Below, one piece after another: positions 27,601-39,600 of a stretch of DNA of 64,000 bases (positions are counted from its first letter, which is position 1; each line of letters begins with the position of its first letter). Below the pieces are notes generated by a model. It searched no databases. It saw only the letters and a program-made list of their open reading frames with translations, and was not told where the DNA came from. The DNA is from Laetmonice hystrix (Eukaryota), in contig OZ249452.1 in assembly GCA_965235115.1 (NCBI GenBank), forward strand, positions 13,392,001-13,456,000, read 5' to 3'. The position numbers and the translations under genes are program-made.

Positions 27601-30600
27601 AACCAGTGGATAAGTAATGGCGATTTTACGCCGTGCCGTTAGCTGTAACGCCATCTTCGTGGCGAAAAGGTATTAAAAAGGACTTTCATGTCTCCTGTGT
27701 TCCCACTGGAACAAGCTGAGTGGAAGTAAATGCGGAGACCTCTATATACAATATCATATATCCTGTACACCATTATCAACACAAATCTATGTGATAGGAG
27801 AACCTAAACAACAAATAACTTCAAAAACGTTGAACATGACAGCTACCATTGCGTGTTATAGTGACCGGGAGTTGGTTTACATCAATTCTGCCTGTCTATC
27901 TGGGCAATCTGCTTGATTAGCCAAACTTCCCGTCCACCCAGCGGGACGCTAAGGCATCAAAGTAATATAAGGGGGCCAGACTCAGACAGCGTGACACTTT
28001 AGACAATTATGGTTAGACCCCTTCATTTGAGAGTAGCTCCGTAAAACAACAGCCAGTCGAGGTCCATAAGCCGGCGTTATATAAACCCATTAGTATCATT
28101 ATAACCTCATTTATCATCTTAATGTACATCTGGATTCTCAGAACATGGTTTATGGACATTTCGTCCTCTCCAAGGGCCTACAGTAATCGAGTTGCTACTC
28201 AGTTTAATGGCCACACCAAAGGAACCTGGAACATTTTCTTATCCACTGATACGACGGTTGCAATCTGTTCTGAGGCTGAGCAGGGACATTCACTAGAAGG
28301 TTCAAATGTAAAGGGGATGAGGGCAGGCACACCGAAACATCACAAGGAAATGCTTCCAGAAAATTTGAACCTAGGATAATGCAAATTAGTGGCAAAATCT
28401 CCCTGGTGACAATATACTTGAAAGCGCTTTGGATAACCGGTTGCATGACTTAATTTGGGTAAGAGTAGAATTCTGGTTTTATCAAGGCATTTGACAGGGT
28501 GCAACATACTGATACGAGGCCTCAAGCCAGGAGCCAACAGCCCGACCCCTTGAGACCACAGTGCGCCAGGAGGTTGTGGATTCGTGCCGCTTCACCCGGT
28601 CAGTCCCCTCGGGCAGGCCCGGGGCTGCGTGCCGGGGAGGCCGGGGAGAAGGCGGGTGGACGACCAGGGCCGGCTGGGAATGCCGCAGGCTCAGTGCGTG
28701 CATGTGTAGGGTAGTGATAACGTGCAATAAAGGGACTCGGACGGAAGCATCACTCAGGTGAATGGGCGGCAAAGGGGCAAGAAGAGAAGACGCCGAGCTT
28801 TGTGCCGTAGCTGGCGCGAGCAGCACCAAATTAGAAACTTCTCCCGCCTGGACAAAATGCAGGCCTTATCGCTTTAGTCCCTGCGTAAAGTAAACCATCA
28901 TTTCTGGTACGGTTCTTCAGGTCTTATAAACGGAGTACAGCACTGAACACGTCTTCTGACCATGGAGTTAAATTGTTTCCTAAATTTACTTTAAGGGAGC
29001 TATAAGTAAACTTATGCACCCAAGAGGACCAGATAGAGGTAGCTATGGACATGTCCGTGCTTGTGAAGGAATTGTCAAAATTTTATAAGTACCGGAACCC
29101 AAAGTATGCACAAGGGGAATGGCACAACCTTCAGCCGTCTGTCTCATTCCCTGGACTTTTCAAGACGGCTTCATTTTCTAACAAACAAAGAACCGATTTC
29201 CTATTTTCTCAACAACACACGTTGGTCGTTAATCAAGAAGTAAACAAAGTATTCCGTTTGCAAAGGGACCATATAGCGGCTAAATGCAAGGATGTATGGA
29301 CAAAAGAATTGGAATATTCCACACTTAGCACCCTCGATCATCTCAACATCATCAGTGCTATACGTGACTGGTCGGAGCGTGGGGTTGTTTCTCAAGTGAC
29401 AGTTCAACATTCTGCAGTACAGCCCAGTGTGGACAGACAGCATATGTGGATGGGATCTCTGAACAATGATGAGGTCCGCCCCGCCCAATACTAGTCCAAC
29501 GGAATTCCACCTTGTGTATACAAACCACACCAGGCCGCACTGGCTAGCGTCTCCTGAACCTACCCGATCCAACTGAAGAGAGTGGTTGGTGTCGGCTGGG
29601 GGTCAGCAAATGGACAACTCCTGAAGCGGGGGTGTTTGTTTTAAAAGGTCATCAAAAATAGGACGCAGGGCTGAGCCCTGATCTGACTCAGATTGGGAGA
29701 GAAGACAGCTGGTCCGGCTCGGTTCCATGATGGGCAACCAAAGGCCGGCTGCTCAAATACTGACCGCTGGTTGGTTTGCTCATATGGCGTGGCTAGAAAC
29801 ACTTGAGCCTCAATCAGTCCCACAAGGTGAAACAAAGGCCAGGGTGTTTCTCTTCTTGGGTTATGGTGCATTTTCAGTCATTCCTATCTTTATGTCAGCA
29901 CTTAAGCCAGACGGTCATTAAATTCTATGTTTAATACTGGTTATTAGTAGCTTCCCACTGAAGGACTTTAGGAGTACTCATTCGCAACCCAGCAGCCAAC
30001 ACTATAAAAAGAGAAATCATTACAAGCCATTTAGCTGACAAAATCAGTTGGAGATGAGGTTCTTTTGACAAGGTGATCACCCATTCACGCAAGGATGGGA
30101 CTAGCTCTGAAAAGCCGGATACACATGCCCCCAACCTTTGACCCCCAACTTGCCTCCAGCACCACGTAAAGAAATCAGTTGATGAGCGCATTGAGTCTGG
30201 CGATAGTTGTAGATTACTGAAGAGCCTGTTCATAGAATATGAAAACGTGCTTTTTGTTGAAGGCTAGTCGCCAGCACTCACACACGTAGGTTAGTCACCC
30301 AGCACTTAAACCCAACCACGTATTCTTTGTCCTTGGGTGTTTGGAGAAGGCCTCTAGAACTAGACAGAGAGGTTTCCTATTTCAGGGGTAGTCTCAGAGG
30401 CGGTAAGCTTCTCCAAGTCCTTGGAAGATGACCCTCTGTCAGCTCCCCTGAGCTGCTAACCTTGGGATGAACACTTGTGTGTCATGAGACTGTTGTCCGG
30501 ACATTCCTTCCTCGTTTGCGCCTTATCGCCGCGTGTCTCCCGCTCCACCTTTTCTCATGTCAGTCACGGAAGATTCCAATCAAGTCTGATGCAAGAGTGT

Positions 30601-33600
30601 AACAGATGCCAGTCTGTGGAATTCACAGTCAACCTATTGAACCTCTGCTGAGTTGTTTACAGATTGAAATATTGCATGCATTACCAGGATTTCCATTTTG
30701 GCTGCCAGGATTAGGCAGAGCGTCGTCGCCCTGTGATGGTTTGATAGGATGCAGACTGCAACTTGCAACACTTCAAAACTCTTGTTCTAAGTCAGGCCAG
30801 TCAACTTCTGACAGCAGTATCTCTATTTTCATAAATCCTTTATTGCCTCAATTCCCCATGCACGGATGTGGTTCTGGAGTGTGAGTGCTACTGTGCCCAT
30901 CCATCAAACCCCTGTTTGCACACCCCATCCAAATCCTATTACCGGTTTTTAATAGAGTCCCACCGCTGGCTTAGAAGGGTGGAAGCCAATGCAAATTTGT
31001 ATTTCAGAATCGTGCATGGATAATAGAACTGAAAACGCATATCTTGTACTGTGCGAACATTTCGCGTCAAGATATTCAGTGTGGGTGCCCTTGACCTGCA
31101 ATTTTAGAATTCGCCAGCTGGACTCGTGAAATATAAGTGGGATGGAATAGCCTTTTGTATGGCTCAAAAAAGGTGTAAGAAATTCGACGGGCAGAGCGGA
31201 ACAAGGTAGTTAACCCTGGGATTTTATTGTTCTGAATGAGGCTTGAAGTTTTGCGACGACTGTACCACATAACAATACCCAATAATGATGGTGCGTTGAA
31301 TGCCTTTCAAGGCCCTCCGCACGACCCAGACGGCCAGACCGGCAGCCTTGTCAAACACCTTCAAAGGCTCCAACTGGGCACCCCTGTGTCTGGGGTTGGA
31401 TGCATACACCACCAGAATAGGTTAGGCAATTGGGGGAGGGTGGCGGTATGGAAAAATCCCCAGCTCAACCCCGCTGGGTATTTGGCGGCCACGCATGTGT
31501 GGTGACATTCTGGGGGGAATCAAAGGAAAGACCTCTTGCATGCGATTCAAATCCAGGCGGGAATTCATTGTTCTGGTCCTACATAAACAAAATCTTAACG
31601 TTCTGTAACAACCCCACCCCCTTCCGCCAAAAAGTTCCAAAGTTTAAAATATCTAAGATCTTCCAGACTTGCAATTTTCATAATCTTTCTCCAGGTGCAT
31701 CGGATTTATGATGTTGATATCTCACTTCACAGTTTGACACGGACAATCAATTCCGAAGCCATGTGATGAGCCCCAGCTTTGGTGAGGTTTACCGATTTCG
31801 ATAATTGACGCTGTATGATCCAGTTTGTCAGTATATTGATTGTCGTTGTTGTGTGTGTTTCAGGTCCATGGCTGTCCAGCTCAGCGAGCAATGACTCTGA
31901 CTCATTCCCGGACACCTCAATGCGAAATGTACCTGATGGTATGTACATTTACTATACACTCACAAATTCCAGTAACTTAGCATATGAACAGGATCATCAA
32001 AACACATTAATGACTATCAAAGTAAATGCCCATTTGATGATACGGTAAAACTATATTTTGATTTTTAATTGTCTGTTTTATTCCACAGGGCTTCAATGGA
32101 TGGCCAACCTCGAGCGGGGTTATGAGTCCGACTCGCCCGACACATCAGCGAGCAGCGGTAGTAAAACCGACAGTACGTATCTTAAAGCACAACCTCTTTC
32201 TTTTCTTTTTCTTCTCTTTTTCTTTCTTTCCTTTCTTTGTATCCTAAGGTACAACACTAACCCATCAGTTACCACTCTCTGACACTGTTAAACTAATCAA
32301 AGTACTTGGTACATATTATTCTGAGTGTCAAACCCGTAAACCATTTTTTACCCGAGAAATGCCTCATACTACGTCCAGAAAATGGCAATGTTCACTGAAC
32401 TACATTTAAGGCCAGGCTAAGTTATGCCTCTAGTATATCACACCATGATAGGGCCCTCATCATAGGCAGCCAGAAAATACTGTGGAGTTGTATGAGGCGG
32501 ATAACATATATGATGTGTTGCTAAGCCTTAACCCGGGCGGTGGAGGTTGACCCCGTGGTCACAGTGACTGGTACAGCGTACCTGAGAATGATCATCTAGC
32601 GAGACCCGACATTAGAAACCTGGGGTTATCCCTGTTTTTGGATGGGATGCCCCCTCATCTCTAGGTTCAACCTTGAGACAGTTCGTCAATGTTCAGGCTG
32701 ACATGTCCTTTGGCCTTCCTAGTTCGTTGACCTTCAGTTGAGAGCGTTCATAAGATAAATATCTTTTGGATGTGATTGTGTGTGGTCCCCTTTTTCACGA
32801 TTGATGTCTGTTAGCCATGAAGGTTATGCTGGTACAGTAATGTACCACTGGCTTTTGTTTAGAAATCCATTACAAGTGTAAATTTGTTTGCTTGCAGAAG
32901 GACTTCGGAAAGGTGACCCAGGTACTGAAATCTTTATTTACAAATCTTATGATCTTTGAGTTAAACAAAAAGTCCACTGCAAGGGTATCGGTATAACCTT
33001 CAGGTACTAACTATTCGGAGAAGTGTCATTCCAAAGGACGAGACCTTTTTGGAAAAAGGTGCAGAGACTACTGGACTAAACGTAACAGATAATATGGTTC
33101 GATAATATATCTATGCACTGCAAAGTGTTCCAAGACATATGTGAAGTACTTCATGGTCACAAGAATTACTAAATAAAGAAGGGAGGTTTATTTTTTCTCC
33201 CTTGTTTCATCTTCTGCACAATGAGCCCAATTATCTGACCAGCTCTTGCTGAAAGGGTCTGGCGTGACCAGACGCATTCAGGCAACCCTAGGAAATGCCA
33301 CATTAGCTCTCAGTTCAGAACTTGAAGGTGTGCAACCTTGTCTCCTGTGACCTTTCCAAGTCCTTTTGCTCCACTCACCTGGAAGACTGTGTATTGACAG
33401 GTCCACACCGATACGGCTTATTAATATTGACCAGTGTGTTGAGACGACCCCTGGACTCTCCGGCTAAGTGGGTCAGATAGATGGCCCCCAGCTGGTGTTT
33501 GAGCACAGCCTGCTGTTGTGACAGACCCTTTTACCCACCGGGAGAGGTCATCTAGTGCAGGTCACCATGACGACCGAAAGATGGCGTAACACCTTGCGAG

Positions 33601-36600
33601 GGCCCTGAAAAAATAGGGCCTGCTTAGTCTGTTTGGGCGAAGTGACCTGAAGACAATATGCTTTGTGCTATTCCGGCACAGTCCCAACTAGGACACTTAG
33701 CTTAATGCTCAAAGTTTGACCTTGGGTTATATGCAAGCAGCCTCTTCCTGTTCTCAATATTTGTAAGGAGCTTACCAATAAATTTGCGCTTACCTTACAC
33801 AGTATAGGCTACAGTGCCTTAAGGTGGAATGTATGCAGTAGGCTTAAGTTAAGGCCTAAGAAGTACGAACAAGAAGACCCATGCAGTGCCTCCTGAAATC
33901 ACCTTCGAACTCTCATAGCTCGTTTCCACTAGATGCAAATACCACTAACATGCCAAAGAAATGCTTGCTGCTGTTCAGAAGTTTCAATCATGAGTCTTTA
34001 ATTGAAACACTTCCACTGATTTCATCTTCCCTCCAATTCTGTTATCAGAAAGCAGCAGATACTCCTGTGGCTCTCATGGTGTGGATGTAAAATTTAATGC
34101 CCATTTGGAAGAGGTTCCTATCTTAGTCCTCCTGAATAACAGTGTTTGGATAGGCGCCCATGCTGGCGAGGTGTCGTCAGATAAGAACAGATGGTCAGGG
34201 GATAAAGTTGAGCAGGGGTATGTCCCCCCGCCCGGCCTGTGGGCGGCTGAGGTCCCGGTCCGCAGCCTGACCGGGCCACCTGCATTCAACACCCTGGGCC
34301 ACCCTTTCACTGACGACCTCTGTTACATAATCTGGTATAATGGGGTGTAACCCGATTAGACTGTAGGGGGACCTAATCACTCCCCGGTGATATATGCCCG
34401 TTTTGACCTTTCCCCCTGTACTGTGCACCAAGGTCAAATTGCTAATGTTGAGTCAAACGCTCCCGGTCTTCTCCTATCTCTTCATTTGTAGCCATCAAAA
34501 CCCCAATGGCGCCGCCGTGCAATTAAGGCGCCGACTTAATTGCACCTGTTGTCCACAAATGGCTTCATGTTTTGAAATACATGTATATATTTTTTTCTCT
34601 GGCGGACAATTAAGGTGTTATTTTGAGCGAGTGCTTTAGGCGGTAGGTTTGTGGTCCTCTACGTACAAGGGTGTCGTGTATGGGACGGACACCCAGTCGC
34701 ATTCAGAGGAAAGGACCACGTTTGTCAACTTATCGACCAAGGCTAATGATGACTCTCTCTCTCTCTCTCTACTTCCTAAACCGTTACAAAGAGGTCGATC
34801 TCGATCTGAACATCGAACTATAACCTCGCCAGTTTCTTCTCTCTCCTTTTTAATAGGCCTATAAGATATTTAATATCAGATATCGTAAATAAAGTCCATC
34901 TACTTCCAGTCGCTTCATACTATTAACAAACCAATGATATTTTCCCATGTATAGCGATACTTATCGAGTGCCTGCCTGGGCACCTAATAAACTAGCGCAC
35001 TGAAACGTGTATTTAATGGGCAGCCACGTTTCAAGGAATGAAACTCGCCTTTCCACTTACCACCAAATTATCACAAAACAGTCCAAGATGATTGGCTATT
35101 ATGTTTTTTCCTCCCGCAAAAATCACAAAGGAAATGGGGGTCATATTTTCTGGGTCAATATCCAGTCCGGTTAGCACTAGGAATGGCTCATTACCTCGAG
35201 CCCACTGGACTGTCAGGTGCTGGGAACCTCTCACAGACCGTCGAGGGTCTGTCCCCTCTGTTCACAATCAGACGGAGGCCAATTAAAATCACGCATGCGC
35301 AGCTGTATAATCAATATTGACCACGCATTATGCCGATGGGTATTTAGGCTGCTCAGGTTCTGGGATATTCCAACCGGATGGGAGGCCCTTCTCTCCTAGC
35401 TAGTTACGTATGCCGACTGAAATATCTGCCCCGAGGTGAATTTGTACGCTGGATTTCGTTTCTCAGCGTGTTGGGAGTTCTCCTATGATGCTATTCCCCG
35501 GGACAGATGTGTAAAGGGCTGGTAAAAGCCTTCCAGTCAGACCACATGTGGTGTCAGATTCCAATAATTCTACTCACGCATATTTACATCAATCTTGTCC
35601 AGTATTATCTGCTCCCTAGTAAACGCCTACTATGAACATTTTGTGAACAGATGGACTTCATTCGTGCATGCGAATTATACTGTGAATATCTCCCTGCGTC
35701 TCGAATCATGTTAATTTAATCTCTCACTACTTATTCGGGATATTCCGTATTATACTTCTGCAAAAACCCGTAACAAAATCACCCCTTACCAAATCAAACA
35801 GATGCCAGACAAAAACTTCGTCATGAAAAGACAGAAAAGTACAGGACTAGACCAACAATGAGGTACCTTAGCCAGCTGCACAGTGCCACTACCATGTTGA
35901 AACCACCCAGAGACAAACATCATAGAGTAAAAACAAATCTGGCAGGCATGTGATCACATCACAGATCACCAGAGCATGTCAGATCCGACCATAGACCGAG
36001 GCACCATCATACACCATGTTATAATGATGTGTAGCTGCTATAGGCACCCGATAGAAGACTTGCTTCAGGTTTGGGAGTTATGAATACCCAGTACTCTGGT
36101 TACCTCCACGTCAACCTACCTGCATCTATGACCATAGATGCTATTGAGGCGAAACATACAAATTCAAACAGAAAGGCCATGTCACTCACCAGATGAACCT
36201 TATGCTGACGACAGTGAATGGCCTGTACATTGCTCTCAAATCGGTGATGCGTGAAGCACAATATATTATCACCACGTCATGGCTGGGGATGGGAGACAAA
36301 AGACGCAACAATACTTCACTTACAAATTTATTACACCAAACAATTGTCGGGCCTGTATATTTCCTCGTATAAAAGCCGCCCTGTAGGCCTCATGGTTGGA
36401 TTCCTAATGGTCTCTCTAATGAAATACTCAGGCTTCCCTCGGGTCACGCTAGCAAGGTCGATGCGTCTGGTTCATGCCGTCTAATGTCTGGCTTTTCACG
36501 ACAGCAGGCGGGCACAGCAGCGCCATCTCGTAGAAGGTCACGGTACTAAATAAGCTCACTCCGAATCAACGCCATCTTGTGCGGCAGTCAAGCAAGCACA

Positions 36601-39600
36601 AGTACCCTATGTGTGACTATAGCTTTGGCACATACAAAGCACTGGGAATATAGGCCTATTGCTAAATATACACTGAATCTAAAAGTTTCCAGAAATCTAT
36701 ACTGTGGCGCTGCCACTGCCAAGCCGTGTTAAAAGCAGGCCTTTAGAATTCAATCTACCAGTGTAGGCTAGAGCTATACCGCAGCCTATGCAATGATGAG
36801 CGTGTGTAGACTCTCTATACTGGAACATAAATGTGCCCTGATTTACCTAAGTGTGTAATCTTGCACCAAGTGAACTTGACCTCCATGTCAAACAACCAAA
36901 CTGACCGACGTGCGATGCACGTGTAGTAGTTCCAATGTCACACCGACATCGTGGACGCTGTGAAGATCCTGACGATCCGCTAACAGCGCTCCCCTGTCGT
37001 CTGCTTCCTCACGACGTAATGTTACGCAAGGTGTGACGCCGCTGTGGCCTGCAGATTGAGGACTACATCCTCCGCTCTGCTGAAGTGAAGTCACATGCGC
37101 AGTTAGCGCTGCCTTGCCTGAGTGTGTGTGGTGGCAGCCCGCCCGCCTGCCATACATACCCGCCCTCTGTTGGTCTTCAGCGAAATGTTATGGGATAAAA
37201 AAAACTGACCCGGCGAACGCAGCTAAAATCGATAGGTGGAGGGTCTGCTGCCTTTGGGGTATATTGGGGGGAATAGGTAGACTAACCTAGAGTCGGCCAC
37301 GTACCTTGAGTCGGCCACCCACATTAACACTGCATTGGTTGAGGCCAACCCATTACAAATTATGTCATCTGAAAGCCCATTTTTACCCTTTCTTGTGGTT
37401 CTTAAATTATCCACCAGAGGTCAGATGGTTTTTATTTAGGGTGGGTGGCCGACTCAAGGTACGTGGCCGACTCTAGGTTAGTCTACCTACTGGCTAATAC
37501 TCTTCAATATAGGTTTCGGCAATCCCAGCCGAGACAAAAGTACCAATGTTTTTCTCATAAGAGTAGTTAGTACCTAATGATTTGTGCAGTAAAACCTTTT
37601 TGGCTTGCATAATAATTAGATGGGGTTTCAATTGATAGAGATGAATAATTGGATAATTATTACATATATAAATAGCCTAAATGGCAAAAATGGTGATTAA
37701 AGGGGGAAAGATGAAGACAGAAACAATACGGATACATAATGTCTGTAATGGGTACGACATTTAAACCGGCACATCAAACATTTCGGCCTACATATGAAAC
37801 CATATGCTATAGCTGTGCATGCATGTACAGATGGCGATGTATAGGGATAGAACTATCCCCTATAGGCTGCACACATTGTAAGTATACTGTGAGCACCTGT
37901 GTGGTCAGATACAGTTCACACTGACCACCATAACTGTCTGGCCACGGGCCCTGCTGGGGATTCCCCCATGCTAGCATCCACACGAAATAAACATAAACTG
38001 GAAGTAGAGGTGAGGGTTAGGGACAGGGCTAAAGAAAGGGATAGAGAGTCTAAGTATTAGGAAATTATTGAGAGGTGGGGTTGGGATTAGATTGGGGGAG
38101 TAGGAAAATGATAGATTAAAACAAAAATCCTATACCATGCACCAAATTTGGTGGATATTTGATGACGGCGATCTACCGCCATGTTGACCCCCGCGGTCAC
38201 TCATGTCACAGTGTCCGTGCATGCCGAGGTCATCCGACACTCATTATCTAGAACAATGGCAGATTGAACCGTCAGGTCATTGAGTACAATTTGCTGGCCC
38301 GTGACATAGATTTGTTGACACTCACACGTCCCTCGGCGTGGTAATTACCGTCTGTGACGGCAAACGATCTGAATATTGTGTACGTCGATACGGTAACGGC
38401 AGCACCGAATAATGAGACACATTGGGCAAGCGTCGTTTAACACGTCAAACACAGGGAGAATTTCAAAAGTCACGTTTGTAAAGTATTTTCATGAATGTTT
38501 TAGCCTAATGGCAACATTTAGACTAGAAAAGTTAATACGCTTGCAAAGATGATGATATAGGGCGAATACATCAATATTTCATTGAAATCAAAATATTTAA
38601 GTGAGGCTGTGTCGATTTTGATGGTAAATAAAAAAAAGACGCACAAAGGAAGGAACCATAATCACTTGAGAAATTGGATGAATGTTGGAGTCCCAGGCAT
38701 TATACCTATGCCTTATTTATACCTAGACCTTATACCTATCCCTGTAGGCATGTAGGTGCTCCATCTCTGTGCCAGCAAACGTGCCATGTTACGATTTGAC
38801 CAAGTCCGTACCTCTTAAAATTGTTTATTCGACATTCCTATGGATGTCGTGTGCCTTCGAGTCAGCCTGTTGGTGGCCGGTTTGGTCACGTCAGACAACG
38901 CACTATAAGTCTACCTCGGTATTCATTATGAAGTCAATTAGGATAATTTATGGATGGAAGTAAATATTTATACTTTGTGGTGCTTCTGTAATGTAGGTAA
39001 TTTATGTGTGTGTGTAATTTGTGGGGTTGGGCCTATAATTTGTAGCACTTTGGTAATTTACGTAATTTATGTGTGGAAGTTTGAGGCCTACTTTGTAGCT
39101 CTTTTGTTCATTTGTGGAAGAAGCTAAAGTGAAAACAAAAAAAAATGTCTAAAACATGAACACCCATAGGCAACACTTTACCCCCCTTCTGTTGGTTTTG
39201 TCTGAAATCAAAATATACACAACTTTATTCATTAAATTAGCAAATCACTTATCCTTTTCTACTGCTGCTCTCTTCCGCATACCCCTCTTTCTCCCTAGTT
39301 GTCCCAGTTGTACCAGACGCTGACGTCAGCGTTCCTATTGTTGTTTCAGGGACGCCATACATCCCGAGTTATATGGACCTTAGTAACGGGCCCGAACCAT
39401 GTGTTGTCTGTGGCGACGCTGCTACTGGATACCACTACCGGTGTATGACGTGTGAGGGTTGTAAGGTACGTACCACACTCAATACTGCTACTACTATTAC
39501 ATGTACTACCTTATGTACTACAGTAGTACATACGGTAGTACATGTAATAGTAGAAGTCTATTCCATGTTGTACTACATGTTCACTGCTGTGTACATTCAC

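Noticed and set aside
6642-39298. A second DNA-binding domain (2DBD nuclear receptor)
   Set aside because: No additional C4 zinc-finger exon seen; the 39600 echo is a short degenerate copy lacking the cysteine pattern.
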